Positions 9,151 to 19,995 of a stretch of DNA of 64,000 nucleotides are shown here, in pieces (position 1 is the stretch's first letter; the number at the start of each line of letters is the position of its first letter). The stretch lies in contig CAWCNY010000006.1 in the NCBI GenBank assembly GCA_963797095.1, positions 960,001 through 1,024,000 of the forward strand, in the 5' to 3' direction. Origin of the DNA: an uncultured Chloroflexia bacterium. GTDB lineage: Bacteria > Chloroflexota > Chloroflexia > QHBQ01 > JADMIH01. The translations under genes and the position numbers were made by a program. The notes under the pieces are model-generated. The model was not told the DNA's origin. It was given only the letters and a program-made list of their open reading frames with translations, and made no database searches.

Positions 9151-10110
9151 ATGAAATCACGCGGAGGTAAATTTCTGCTTTTGCTGGGAGCTGTGCTCGC
9201 CGCAATGGCATTCGTGGTTGTGTATGTAGTGATGTCGGGTAGGCTGTCGCTGGGCGCTAGCACTGATAACACCGCATCGGTTCCCACAGCCGTTCCCATG
9301 GTCACGTTGGCGGTGGTCAACCGAGATCTTCCGGCGTACACCATGCTGGATTCTACCAATGTAGCCACTATTGATGTGGAAGCCTCGACGGCCCCTTCGG
9401 GCACGACAACATCGCCCGCTACCGTGTACGGCAAAATGACGCTGATGCCACTTACAAAAGGCCAGCCCATACGCACCGACCAACTTACCGAAACCGGTTT
9501 CTCCAACATTCTGGAGAAGGGCGAACGGGCATTCTCACTGGCTGTGCCTGAGAAGAGCACTTTCGGCAATGCGGTTACGGAGAATGACCGTGTTGACCTG
9601 CTGTGGACCACGGTGATTGAGTACGACCAGGTGCAGCCGCCGGACGCTGATGGCAAGATCACCTACGAGAAGGCTTATTACACATCTACAAAGACCCTTC
9701 TGCAGAACATGCACGTTTTGCGTGTAATCACGCTGGCGCAGGATACCCTTGCCGGACAGACACAGCGCAGCACTTCCAGCTCCACAAGCGCCGATAATGC
9801 AGATGTGACAACAGGACCGGCTCCAAGCGCCGCGTCGATGTACGACGAGGATGCCCCGTATAAGAGCGTGCTGGTGCTGGGTGTAACCGACCAGCAAGCT
9901 GAAGTAATTGCTTACGCTCGTGAGAATGGCCTGATCGATCTAACACTGCGCTCGTCCGCACTTCAGAAAGACGAAACAGGCCAGGTGGTCAAAGACGAGC
10001 TTGGCAACGATGTACGCGGTGATAGCGAGGCGGAGAAGACTACCGGTGTCACACTCGATACGCTGATACAGCAGTATGGTGTGGTTCCGCCTGTAGTGCA
10101 GAACCCCTAA
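9151..10110 (+). CDS. cpaB: Flp pilus assembly protein CpaB/RcpC (SAF domain)
   Basis: N-terminal TM, SAF-like VVNRDLPAYT, GERAFSL, DRVDLL, TLLQNMHVL, G.I.LTLRS; first gene of a tad cluster. Confidence 0.85.
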   Translation: MKSRGGKFLLLLGAVLAAMAFVVVYVVMSGRLSLGASTDNTASVPTAVPMVTLAVVNRDLPAYTMLDSTNVATIDVEASTAPSGTTTSPATVYGKMTLMPLTKGQPIRTDQLTETGFSNILEKGERAFSLAVPEKSTFGNAVTENDRVDLLWTTVIEYDQVQPPDADGKITYEKAYYTSTKTLLQNMHVLRVITLAQDTLAGQTQRSTSSSTSADNADVTTGPAPSAASMYDEDAPYKSVLVLGVTDQQAEVIAYARENGLIDLTLRSSALQKDETGQVVKDELGNDVRGDSEAEKTTGVTLDTLIQQYGVVPPVVQNP

Positions 10111-10171
10111 AGAAAAAGAGTAGTTCAGAAGCAACACTAATTTAGCAGCAAAGTCGAGTCAGGAGAGGAAA

Positions 10172-11491
10172 ATGGACACCTCAGGAGCCAACAGCTCTAT
10201 GCCAAAGATCGGGGTCATGATAGTTGACGACATCGCCGATACACGAGAAAACCTGAGCAAGCTATTGATGTTCGAGCGGGACATCGAAGTGATCGGGACC
10301 GCAGGAAGCGGACCGGAAGCTATCGAGCTTTCGCGGAAACTTAACCCCGATGTCGTTCTCATGGACATAAACATGCCTGAGATGGATGGCATCAAGGCTG
10401 CCGAACTGCTGAGCACCGAAATGCCCGGCGTCGGGATCATCATGATGTCGGTGCAAGGCGAGCAGGACTATCTGCGCCGGGCTATGCTTGCAGGAGCGCG
10501 TGAGTTCCTTATCAAGCCTTTCTCCGGGGATGACCTGGTGCGCTCAATCAGGCACGTGTACAGGCTGGAGTCGAGCAAGAGGGCGATGGCCCACGCGGCA
10601 GCAGTGCCGATGATGGGTATGGGGTCGTCGAGCGGCAAAGGCGGGCCAGAAGAAGAGCACCAGGGCCGCATTATGGCGATAGTAAGCCCGAAGGGTGGCG
10701 TTGGCCGCACGACTCTGGCAGCGAACCTGGCTGTGGCTCTCAAGCTGTCAACCCAGAAGAAAGTGGCGCTGGTGGATGGCTCGCTGTACTTCGGTGATGT
10801 TGGGGTGTTGCTCAACCTCCTGTCCAATAAGACCATAGTTGATGCAGTCGAACATATTGACGAACTGGATGCCGACCTGCTGAACGATCTGATGGTAACG
10901 CACTCCTCCGGTGTGAAGGTGCTGCTCGCGCCTCCGCAGCCTGAGATGGCTGAACTGATTACTGCAGAACACATTCGACGCGTGCTGGTCGAGCTATCGA
11001 CACAGTACGATTACGTCGTGGTAGACACGTGGCCCTCCTTCGCGGACACAGTGCTGACGGCGATGGACCTGGCAGACGACATCCTGCTGGTGATGACGCT
11101 TGAAATGACAGCCATCAAGGATGTGAAGCTGTATCTGGAAGTGGTAGAGAAGCTCAACTACCCCTCTGAGAAGGTCAAACTGGTGTTGAATAGGGCGGGT
11201 AGCGCTGGTGGCATCAAGGTGGAGGCCGTGGAAGAGACGCTGCGGCAGAAGGTGCTGGTTGGTCTCAACAATGATGGTGTGGCGATGCTGATGGCGGTGA
11301 ACCAGGGCGTACCGCTGGTCATTTCAGCGCGCGAGCACCCGTTCTCCCGCGATATTTATCGCCTTGCGCGCCTGCTGACCGCTACTTCGGCGGAAGATGC
11401 CCAACTGGCGCAGGTAACGGCCAATGTACAGGCCCAGGAAGGCGCGATGCAGGGCAATCTACTCTCGAAATTGAAGGCGGCGTTCAGGTAA
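10172..11491 (+). CDS. cpaE: Pilus assembly protein CpaE/TadZ: receiver domain plus MinD/ParA-like ATPase
   Basis: Receiver IVDD, LMDINMPEMDG, LIKP; deviant Walker A SPKGGVGRTT; YDYVVVD. Confidence 0.85.
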   Translation: MDTSGANSSMPKIGVMIVDDIADTRENLSKLLMFERDIEVIGTAGSGPEAIELSRKLNPDVVLMDINMPEMDGIKAAELLSTEMPGVGIIMMSVQGEQDYLRRAMLAGAREFLIKPFSGDDLVRSIRHVYRLESSKRAMAHAAAVPMMGMGSSSGKGGPEEEHQGRIMAIVSPKGGVGRTTLAANLAVALKLSTQKKVALVDGSLYFGDVGVLLNLLSNKTIVDAVEHIDELDADLLNDLMVTHSSGVKVLLAPPQPEMAELITAEHIRRVLVELSTQYDYVVVDTWPSFADTVLTAMDLADDILLVMTLEMTAIKDVKLYLEVVEKLNYPSEKVKLVLNRAGSAGGIKVEAVEETLRQKVLVGLNNDGVAMLMAVNQGVPLVISAREHPFSRDIYRLARLLTATSAEDAQLAQVTANVQAQEGAMQGNLLSKLKAAFR

Positions 11492-11555
11492 TTTTGGGCT
11501 TGTGGGCGGCCATCGCAAGCCGTCCGGGGCCCAGGATATAGGATGAGGTAATACG

Positions 11556-13031
11556 ATGTCTTTACTCAAGCAAATCGGTTCGACCGATCCACTGCCAAAC
11601 AACGGCAACATGGGGCAGGGTGGCACAGGCCAGAATGCCAATTCCAGGCAGGGCGGGACCGGGGCAGCCCCCGGCACTTCGTCACCTTCGAGTGTGCTCC
11701 CTCGCGGCACAGGCCGTCTTGGTGGGCCGAATGAAGCTATGCGTCCAGGGATGGCTACCTCAGGCGAAAGCTTCCTGGAGCTTAAGAACCGGGTTCAGCA
11801 CAAACTGATCGCTGAACTTGATCCCAAGCTCGACCTGACGCGTACCGATGAAGTGCGCCGGCAGGTGGAAGAGATCTTCGGCGAGATACTCAACTCCGAA
11901 AATATCGTGCTGACACGTGTTGACCGCGCCAGGCTGTTCGAGGCGGTAGCGGCGGAAATCCTGGGCTTTGGGCCTATCGAGCCGCTGCTGAAAGACAACT
12001 CGATAAACGAGGTGATGGTAAACGGGCCGAAGCTGGTGTATATCGAGCGTCATGGCCGCCTTGAAAAGACAAACGTGATCTTCCAGAACGATGAGCATGT
12101 GATGCGCGTTATCGACAGGATCGTCGCTCCCCTTGGAAGGCGTATAGATGAAAGCTCGCCCTATGTAGATGCTCGTCTACCCGATGGCTCTCGCGTGAAC
12201 GCTATTATTCCTCCTCTGGCGATCAACGGGCCTACGATTACGATCCGCAAATTCTCCAAAGACCCGTTTACCTCTGAAGACCTTATTCGGTTCGGAACTT
12301 TTACGCCTGAGATGTCGACATTCTTGAAAGCCTGCGTGGAAGCCCGGTTGAATATTGTTGTGTCAGGTGGTACAGGCTCCGGTAAGACGACAACCCTCAA
12401 CGTGTTGTCGGCGTGGATACCGAATGACGAACGTATTATCACAGTGGAGAACGCAGCGGAGCTTCAGCTTCGGCAGGAGCACGTGATCACCCTTGAGTCG
12501 AGACCGGCGAACATAGAAGGGCGCGGCGAGGTAACGATCCGCGACCTGGTGATCAACTGCCTCCGAATGCGCCCCGACAGGATCGTAGTAGGCGAGTGCC
12601 GAGGCGGCGAAGCGCTGGATATGCTCCAGGCCATGAACACTGGACATGATGGATCTCTAACCACATTGCACGCCAATACCCCGCGTGATGCTTTGTCTCG
12701 TCTTGAGACGATGGTGCTAATGGCGGGTATGGAATTGCCTGTGAAGGCCATACGCGAGCAGATTGCCGCAGCAGTGGACTTGATAGTGCAGCAGTCGCGC
12801 TTCAAAGACGGGTCGCGTAAGATTTCAAACATAGCCGAAGTGCAAGGTATGGAAGGCGACGTTATCGTGATGCAGGATGTGTTCGTGTTTGAGCAGACCG
12901 GTATCGAAGGCGGGAAGATCGTAGGCCGCATGAAGCCTACGGGTATACGTCCCAAGTTCATCGAGAAGTTCGAGGCAGCGAATATCTACTTGCCGCCTAA
13001 CCTGTTTGGCTATAATGAGAGGTTCTTCTAG
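11556..13031 (+). CDS. cpaF: Flp pilus assembly ATPase CpaF/TadA
   Basis: GGTGSGKTT, LRMRPDRIVVGECRG, AMNTGHDGSLTTLHAN. Confidence 0.95.
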   Translation: MSLLKQIGSTDPLPNNGNMGQGGTGQNANSRQGGTGAAPGTSSPSSVLPRGTGRLGGPNEAMRPGMATSGESFLELKNRVQHKLIAELDPKLDLTRTDEVRRQVEEIFGEILNSENIVLTRVDRARLFEAVAAEILGFGPIEPLLKDNSINEVMVNGPKLVYIERHGRLEKTNVIFQNDEHVMRVIDRIVAPLGRRIDESSPYVDARLPDGSRVNAIIPPLAINGPTITIRKFSKDPFTSEDLIRFGTFTPEMSTFLKACVEARLNIVVSGGTGSGKTTTLNVLSAWIPNDERIITVENAAELQLRQEHVITLESRPANIEGRGEVTIRDLVINCLRMRPDRIVVGECRGGEALDMLQAMNTGHDGSLTTLHANTPRDALSRLETMVLMAGMELPVKAIREQIAAAVDLIVQQSRFKDGSRKISNIAEVQGMEGDVIVMQDVFVFEQTGIEGGKIVGRMKPTGIRPKFIEKFEAANIYLPPNLFGYNERFF

Positions 13032-13038
13032 TATCTGC

Positions 13039-13117
13039 GACAAAGGACGAAGGACGAAAGTGGACGAAAGTGGACTACAGGCGATGGACGACAGACGATT
13101 GTTGGATACTCGTCTTT
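13039..13117. repeat. GGACGAA-type heptamer repeat array in the cpaF-tadB spacer
   Basis: gacaaaggacgaaggacgaaagtggacgaaagtggac... read directly. Confidence 0.65.
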
Positions 13118-13150
13118 TGTGCTGCATCGTGACACAGTTGGGAGTTTAGC

Positions 13151-14158
13151 ATGGATCAGCTACTTTTACCGACCATAGTTGCCCTGGTTGTGCTAGGGGT
13201 GTTCTTCGGGATTGCACGCTTCAGCGGCGGCAACCCTAACATGAAGGGACGCCTGGAACGCTTTGCGGGTGACGGCCAGGCGGAAGAGAAAGAGAGAGAA
13301 AGAGAGAAAGAGGAAAAGAAGGACGAGAAGAAGCAGTTCAGCCTCGGTCTCGGCGAGACGCAACTTGCCGCAGTCGTGGACAAGGCTGTTTCGCAGCGCA
13401 CTTTCGGTAAGACCGTTCAGCGGCGACTGGCCCAGGCCGATCTAAAGCTGACCCTGTTTGAGTTCATGCTCACGAAGATCTTCTCGACGATCACAGGCAC
13501 GGCACTTGGCCTCTTTCTTGGGCGTGGCGGCGCAATATCGACGGTCGTCTTCGGCCTCGTAGGTATAAGTGTGGGTTTCTTCGCTCCTGATTGGTTTGTG
13601 AAGTTTCGCATATCGACGCGTCTCAAGGCGTTCAACAGTCAGCTAGGCGATACGCTCGGCCTCCTTGCCAATTCGCTTCGCTCAGGCTATTCGATGCTGC
13701 AATCGATGGAGCTGGTAGCTCGCGAGTCGCCCGACCCAATCGGGACTGAATTCAAGCGTGTGGTACGCGAGGTGGGGCTCGGACTCAGCCCGCAGGAGGC
13801 GTTGAATAATCTGTATCGCCGTCTTCCATCCGACGACCTTGATCTGATGATCACCGCCATCAACATCCAATACGAGGTGGGCGGTAACCTCGCGCAGATC
13901 CTTGATACCATATCGCATACGATCAGGGAGCGGGTGCGTATCAAAGGTGAAATCCAGGTGCTGACCGCCCAGGGACGCGTATCGGGCTACATTATCTCGG
14001 CTCTTCCCCCAGGAATCGCCATCATAGTGACGCTGATCAATCCCACGTACATGAACACGATGTGGGAATTCCCGTGGATAATAATGCCTATCTGTGGCGG
14101 CATACTCGTATTTGTCGGCTTTATGATAATCAGAAAGATAGTGAATATCGAGGTGTAA
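13151..14158 (+). CDS. tadB: Tight adherence protein TadB (T2SS F family)
   Basis: LANSLRSGYS, PIGTEF, EVGGNLAQIL, LTAQGR. Confidence 0.9.
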   Translation: MDQLLLPTIVALVVLGVFFGIARFSGGNPNMKGRLERFAGDGQAEEKEREREKEEKKDEKKQFSLGLGETQLAAVVDKAVSQRTFGKTVQRRLAQADLKLTLFEFMLTKIFSTITGTALGLFLGRGGAISTVVFGLVGISVGFFAPDWFVKFRISTRLKAFNSQLGDTLGLLANSLRSGYSMLQSMELVARESPDPIGTEFKRVVREVGLGLSPQEALNNLYRRLPSDDLDLMITAINIQYEVGGNLAQILDTISHTIRERVRIKGEIQVLTAQGRVSGYIISALPPGIAIIVTLINPTYMNTMWEFPWIIMPICGGILVFVGFMIIRKIVNIEV

Positions 14159-14161
14159 TGT

Positions 14162-15088
14162 ATGGACCAGGTTTTCCTCTATCTCGTACCGGCCGTGTTT
14201 GCCATGGCGATCCTCGGAGGCGTGTTGTGGATTACGCTGCCGAAGCGCAACACGGTGTCGATTGAAGCACGCCTTGCCAACTTCGCAGAGCGACCACGCA
14301 CACTTGAAGAACTCGAATTGGAGCAGCCGTTCACCGACCGGGTGATCAAGCCGATGGTCGCTGCGATTACACGCGCTCTGGGGAAGCTAACTCCGTCGCA
14401 GGGCATGGAGAAGGTGCGACAGCAACTGGTGCTGGCGGGCAACCCCTTTAACATGGGTACGTCAGAGTTCATGGGCGCACGCATAATGGCGCTGGTTATG
14501 CTTGGTGGAGCTACGTTTGCTCTCACTCTGATACTGGGCGCAACGCCGATGAATATGCTTCTCTTTGTAGGTGTTATGTCGCTGGTCGGATATCTGCTGC
14601 CGGTTTTCTGGCTCAGGGGACGGGTCAAGAAGCGCCAGAAGGTTATTCTCAAGACTTTGCCGGACGCTATCGATATGATGACGATCAGCGTGGAAGCAGG
14701 TCTCGCCTTCGACGGGGCTATGCAAAGGGTAGCAGAGAAGTGGGATAACGACCTTTCCCATGAGTTCCATAAGGCGCTGTCTGAGATGCGAGTGGGCAAG
14801 ACTAAGAGGGAGGCCCTGCACGAATTGGTACAGCGCACCGGTGTAGCCGACCTGAGCACCTTCGTAGCGTCGATTGTGCAGGCAGACCAACTGGGTGTGT
14901 CGATCTCGAAAGTGCTTCGCATCCAGAGCGAGCAGATGCGTATTCGCCGCCGCCAACGCGCCGAGGAGCAGGCCCACAAGGCCCCAATCCTGATGATGAT
15001 CCCTATGGTGTTCCTGATCTTCCCTGCGACCTACATCGTTATTCTCGGCCCGGCTGTTCCCAAGATTATGCTGGCTTTTGGGTCGTGA
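14162..15088 (+). CDS. tadC: Tight adherence protein TadC (T2SS F family)
   Basis: LPDAIDMMTISVEAGLAFD, QADQLGVSI, RRRQRAEEQAHKAP. Confidence 0.9.
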   Translation: MDQVFLYLVPAVFAMAILGGVLWITLPKRNTVSIEARLANFAERPRTLEELELEQPFTDRVIKPMVAAITRALGKLTPSQGMEKVRQQLVLAGNPFNMGTSEFMGARIMALVMLGGATFALTLILGATPMNMLLFVGVMSLVGYLLPVFWLRGRVKKRQKVILKTLPDAIDMMTISVEAGLAFDGAMQRVAEKWDNDLSHEFHKALSEMRVGKTKREALHELVQRTGVADLSTFVASIVQADQLGVSISKVLRIQSEQMRIRRRQRAEEQAHKAPILMMIPMVFLIFPATYIVILGPAVPKIMLAFGS

Positions 15089-15143
15089 CGATTGATGAGT
15101 GACGCGTAGCTGGTTGCTGGTTCCTGTGGGTAAATGCGGTTAG

Positions 15144-15176
15144 TTGTAAGGGCGGGTTTTGAACCCGCCCTTACAA
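15144..15176. repeat. REP-like palindrome / hairpin after tadC
   Basis: Perfect 15-bp arms ttgtaagggcgggtt/aacccgcccttacaa; related to the hairpin at 52193-52215; resembles GTAG-type REPs. Confidence 0.6.
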
Positions 15177-15224
15177 GAATCAGCCGAGCCAGGTCGGAAA
15201 ATAGTAGATAGAGGCTTTTCGGTA

Positions 15225-15566
15225 ATGACGATCTTAAATACGACTAGAGGTACTACACTTGCTACGGGCGCAAAGCGTGCCGCGAATTTCCTGGCACGTG
15301 GACGTGGCTTGATGATGGCTCCCCCATTGCCTGAGGGGGGCGGGCTTGTGATCGACCCTTGCAATTCGATCCATATGTTCTTTATGCGATATGCGCTCGA
15401 TGTGCTGTTTGTTGACAAGGATGGGGTGGTAGTGTTCATGTACGCGGGCATAAAGCCCTGGCGCGTGGGCCGTATCGTCAAGGGCGCAAAGCTGGCAGTT
15501 GAACTGCCTGTGGGTACCATCGCTTCCAGCCTGACCCAGGTAGGTGATAAGGTGAAAATGCAGTGA
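15225..15566 (+). CDS. DUF192 (UPF0127) family protein
   Basis: ANFLARGRGLM, NSIHMFFMRYALDVLF, AVELPVG; start moved to ATG 15225 behind GAGG. Confidence 0.85.
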   Translation: MTILNTTRGTTLATGAKRAANFLARGRGLMMAPPLPEGGGLVIDPCNSIHMFFMRYALDVLFVDKDGVVVFMYAGIKPWRVGRIVKGAKLAVELPVGTIASSLTQVGDKVKMQ

Positions 15567-15698
15567 GTTGGGCATGACGCTGGCTTGATGAGTAACGAGT
15601 AACGAGTAACGAGTGACCTTAAAGTGCAAGTTGAATATTCGGGTTCCTATGTCACGCAGTTGGCGACGTAACCTCCCCTCGTAGAGATACCAAAGGCT

Positions 15699-18572
15699 AT
15701 GGCACCCCTTAAGCGCGCACTCCGCTTCAGGCCCAATCTATTAACCACATTTTCAGTTGTCAGTTTTGTACTGATACTGGCCCTTGGCGTATTTCTCGCC
15801 GTAGGCATACAGCAGAAGGTTGAGGATAGCGCGATACACCAGCAGGCCCAGCACGCCGCAGACCTGATCAATCTCTATATTTCTCCTAAAGTGCAGCCTT
15901 ATGAGCTGACGCAGCCGTGGGATGTCGATTCTCCTGCGTTTAAGGAGCTGGACGACCTTATCCTGACGACAATGCTGCGCGACCATGTTGTGCGCGTAAA
16001 TTTGCTGAGCACAGAAGGGGTGGTTATTTATTCCGACCAGCCTCAACTCATAGGCGAAAAGGTCACACTGAATGAAGAGCAGTTGGAAGCCCTCGTAGGG
16101 GATCTCTTCGTGCATGTGATCAACCCGGATGCCAACGAGAGCGAGTTCGAAAAGGAACAAGCGGACCGTCTGCTCAAAATATACGTGCCATTCCGGGCGG
16201 CGGGCGAAACCGATCCTGAGGCTGTGTTTGAAGTTTATCTCGACCTTGACGCGGTAGATGCTCTGAATGAAGAAGTGAGCGCCTTCACATGGATGGCGAT
16301 GGGCGTTGGATTTGTCGTTCTCTATGCCTCGCTCTTTGCCCTGGTCTATCGAGCCTCGCGCACGTTGGCGCGCCAGAGCAGCGAGAACGCCCACCTATAT
16401 AAAGAAGCATCCCAGCGGCTGGCCGAGCGTATCGAAGTCGAACGCGATCTGAGGGATCGTGTGGAATTCGAACGATTGGTGATGGCGATCTCCACCAACT
16501 TCATTAACCTGGATACACATGAGCTTGATAACGGGGTGCGCCAGGCGCTACGCGCCGTGGGCACATACGTCGGTGCCGACCGTTGCTATGTGATGCGATT
16601 GGACACGGCAGAGTGGGCGACAATCACGCATGAATGGTGCGCACGCGGGGTAGTGCCGATGATAGGCACAACGCAAAAGTTGCTTGTGAGCGCGCTACCG
16701 TGGTCGAGTGCTCTTTTGAACGAAGGTGAGGCTGTGCATGTTCCTCAGGTTGCTCAGCTACCAGCAGAGGCACAGGCCGAGCGTGAGTTCTTCACCGCCA
16801 TGTCGAGCAAATCGGTGCTGCTGTTGCCGCTGGTATACAACAAGACACTTGTGGGCGCGCTAGGCATGGACAGGGTGCACCGGGCGGAAGCGTGGCCGGA
16901 GGAGAGCATCAGCCTGCTGAAGATTGTGGGCGAGATGCTGGTCAATGCGTTGGAAAGGCGGCGCGCTGAAGATGCAATTCGGGAGAGCGAGCAGCGCTTC
17001 CGGGCTGTGTTCGAGGGGGCGGCTTTCGCCATCGCCATAATGGATAGCACAGGGCGCATTGTGGAGAGCAACGAGCCTGTACAGGAACTGCTTGGATATT
17101 CGGGCGATGAACTGAAGAGGATGACCTTTGCGGATCTAACCCACCACGATGACATCGGGTTAAACATCAACGGTCGCCAGGAGCTATTCGAAGGCAAGCG
17201 CACCATGTACAGTATGGAGAAGCGCTATATTCGGAAGAACGGCGATATCGTATGGGTCAATTGCCTGGTGTCAGCTTTGAGAGATGCCAGGGGTGTGCCG
17301 CAACTGGCAATCGTCATGTTGCAGGATGTGACTGAGCGCAAACGCTCGCAGGCGGAGATCAAGAGGCAGATAGAGAGGCTTAACGCATTACGGACGATTG
17401 ACAACGCTATTACTTCCAGCTTCGACCTCACCCAGACACTGGATGTGGTGCTTGGGGAGGTAACTCGCCAGCTAAAGGTGGACGCGGCAAGCGTGTTGGT
17501 ATTGAACCAGCGTACCGGAAGCCTGGAATATACGGCAGGGCGCGGTTTTGGGGAGAGTACGGAGGCCGCCCGGACTTCCTGGCATTTGGGGCCTGGGGCG
17601 CGATATTTCATGGAGCTTGCCCGGCGAGCCGCAGTGGAGCGGAGGATGGTGCAGGTGCCCGACCTGAGTGATGCATCGCTGGTGGGTGGTCCGCTGTCGA
17701 TCAGGAGGGAGCCTGTGCTGTCGATTGAGGGCCAGGCAGGGATTGAGGACGATCTCGCGGATGCATATCTGGCCTATTTCGCGCTGCCACTTACGGCTAA
17801 GGGAAAGGTAGTGGGCGTGCTCGAAATTTACCACAGGGTGGCTCTCAAACCCACACCTGAGTGGCTGCATTTCCTGGAAACGCTGGCCGGTCAGACGGCT
17901 ATTGCCGTGGATAATGCGTTGTTGTTCCAGGACCTTCAGCGGTACAACCTCGAACTGTCGCTGGCGTATGATACGACGTTGGAGGGGTGGTCGCGGGCGT
18001 TGGACCTGCGCGATAAAGAGACCGAAGGGCACACCCAACGGGTGACCGAGATGACCATCAGATTGGCGCGCACGATGGGCATCGATGAAACAGGGTTGGT
18101 GCACATCCGCAGGGGAGCCCTCCTGCATGACATTGGCAAGATGGGTATACCTGATGCGATTCTGCTGAAGCCTGGCCCGCTGACCAAGGACGAATGGGAG
18201 ATCATGCGGTTGCACCCGAGCTATGCATATGAACTCCTCTCGCCAATTGCTTTTCTACACCCGGCCCTCGATATACCTTATGCGCACCACGAGAAGTGGG
18301 ATGGGTCGGGGTATCCACGCCGGTTACATGGGGAAGAGATACCGCTGGCAGCCCGAATATTTGCTATAGTGGACGTGTACGATGCCCTCAGATCGGATAG
18401 GCCCTATCGCTCTGCATGGCCTGAGGAGAAGGTGATCCAGCACCTCCGGTCGTTGGCGGGTACGCATTTTGACCCGTATGTAGTTGATGCTTTCCTCAAG
18501 ATGGACCGTTCATGGTACTGTCGCACTTCCACTTCACCGGAACTGGTGGCCGAGTATTTCGGCGTCAAGTAG
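15699..18572 (+). CDS. Membrane sensor with GAF-PAS-GAF domains and an HD-GYP phosphodiesterase domain
   Basis: Two TM helices; PAS/PAC (EKRYIRKNG..W); ALDLRDKETEGHTQRV, LLHDIGK, HHEKWDGSGYP. Confidence 0.92.
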   Translation: MAPLKRALRFRPNLLTTFSVVSFVLILALGVFLAVGIQQKVEDSAIHQQAQHAADLINLYISPKVQPYELTQPWDVDSPAFKELDDLILTTMLRDHVVRVNLLSTEGVVIYSDQPQLIGEKVTLNEEQLEALVGDLFVHVINPDANESEFEKEQADRLLKIYVPFRAAGETDPEAVFEVYLDLDAVDALNEEVSAFTWMAMGVGFVVLYASLFALVYRASRTLARQSSENAHLYKEASQRLAERIEVERDLRDRVEFERLVMAISTNFINLDTHELDNGVRQALRAVGTYVGADRCYVMRLDTAEWATITHEWCARGVVPMIGTTQKLLVSALPWSSALLNEGEAVHVPQVAQLPAEAQAEREFFTAMSSKSVLLLPLVYNKTLVGALGMDRVHRAEAWPEESISLLKIVGEMLVNALERRRAEDAIRESEQRFRAVFEGAAFAIAIMDSTGRIVESNEPVQELLGYSGDELKRMTFADLTHHDDIGLNINGRQELFEGKRTMYSMEKRYIRKNGDIVWVNCLVSALRDARGVPQLAIVMLQDVTERKRSQAEIKRQIERLNALRTIDNAITSSFDLTQTLDVVLGEVTRQLKVDAASVLVLNQRTGSLEYTAGRGFGESTEAARTSWHLGPGARYFMELARRAAVERRMVQVPDLSDASLVGGPLSIRREPVLSIEGQAGIEDDLADAYLAYFALPLTAKGKVVGVLEIYHRVALKPTPEWLHFLETLAGQTAIAVDNALLFQDLQRYNLELSLAYDTTLEGWSRALDLRDKETEGHTQRVTEMTIRLARTMGIDETGLVHIRRGALLHDIGKMGIPDAILLKPGPLTKDEWEIMRLHPSYAYELLSPIAFLHPALDIPYAHHEKWDGSGYPRRLHGEEIPLAARIFAIVDVYDALRSDRPYRSAWPEEKVIQHLRSLAGTHFDPYVVDAFLKMDRSWYCRTSTSPELVAEYFGVK

Positions 18573-18723
18573 CCGGTTGCAGGTTTGCCACTGAGATACA
18601 TTTCAAGCTTGAATAACGAGTCCGCGAGGGCGCAGCATGTCGCGCTTCAGGGGCCGTTTGTGGCTATCTGATCGACGCCTGAAATTATGATTATTGAGTG
18701 GCGAAGATGGCTGTTTTCCACAG

Positions 18724-18752
18724 TTGACAAACGGGTTGATTTGCTGTAGAAT
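18724..18752 (+). promoter_or_regulatory. Sigma70-type promoter of recA
   Basis: TTGACA (18724-18729), 17-bp spacer, TAGAAT (18747-18752). Confidence 0.8.
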
Positions 18753-18894
18753 TGAGCGGTAAAGTAGAACAAATGAGCGATATACATACGCGTTCAGCGT
18801 TTTGTGAGCGGCCTTGTTCTACGCACTTGTGACCCAGGTGATAGCGCTGAATTTGTGATATTATTGTGCATGAGAACTTCAGAGGAGAAATGAG

Positions 18895-19990
18895 ATGGTT
18901 CAAGACAAAGAACGCGACAAGGCCCTCGAAAACGCCATCGCTCAGATAGACCGCCAGTTCGGCAAAGGCTCCATCATGAGAATGGTGGAATATGGCAACA
19001 GGATGCAGGTGGAGTCGATCCCCACAGGCTCTATTGCTCTGGACATGGCGCTGGGCGGCGGGGGCGTGCCGCGTGGGCGCGTGGTCGAAATCTACGGGCC
19101 GGAGTCGTCGGGCAAGACCACCCTTTCCTATCATATTATGGCCGAGGCGCAAAAGATGGGCGGTGTGTCGGCTTATATAGATGCCGAGCACGCCTTCGAC
19201 CCTGAGTATGCGGCCAGGTGCGGGCTTAACCTCGACCAGTTGCTGATCTCGCAGCCTGACAACAGCGAGCAGGCGCTTGAGATCACGGAGACATTGGTGC
19301 GATCCGGGGCCATTGATGTGATCGTGATCGAACTCGGTGGCCGCCCTGGTGCCTCGCGCTGAGATCGAGGGCGAGATGGGCGACAGCCACGTCGGCTTGA
19401 TGGCCCGTTTGATGTCGCAGGCCCTACGCAAGCTTGTGGGCGCTGTCGCGAAATCGCGCTGCTGTCTGGTCTTTACCAACCAGATCCGCATGAAGATCGG
19501 CGTGATGTTCGGCAACCCTGAGACCACCACCGGCGGGCAGGCTCTGAAGTTCTACTCTTCGGTGCGTATGGAGATCCGCAGGGTGGAGTCGATCAAGCAG
19601 GGGCAGGAGGTGTCGGGGAACAGGGTGCGCGTGAAGGTAGTCAAGAACAAGGTCGCGCCGCCTTTCCGCAACGCCGAGTTCGACATCATGTTCAACGAGG
19701 GGATCAGCCGCATCGGGTCTATCGTCGACCTGGGCACCGAGATGGGCGTGCTCCGCAAGTCTGGCGCGTTCTATTCGTTCGGCGACCAGAGGCTGGGCCA
19801 GGGGCGCGAGAATGTGAAAGAGTTCCTCAAAGGGCACCCTGAGTTGACCGACGAGATCGAGTCGCAGATCAGGACCATCATGGCCGAGAAAGGCGCTGCC
19901 ACCATTTCGATGGGGGTCGTTGCTCCCGCTAAGAACGGCAAGAGCGCTCCCGCCGCCTCGGACGAGGATGAGGACGAAGAAGAGTTTTAG
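18895..19990 (+). pseudogene. recA: Recombinase RecA, split by a +1 frameshift near 19331 (possibly a sequence error)
   Basis: GPESSGKTT in ORF 18895-19362 and the C-half in ORF 19337-19990; atc gAac tcg gtg has one extra A in Walker B IVIDSVAAL. Confidence 0.95.
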
Positions 19991-19995
19991 TTAGG

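Noticed and set aside
19320-19345. Programmed frameshift or intein in recA
   Set aside because: No slippery heptamer and no inserted domain; it is just one extra base.
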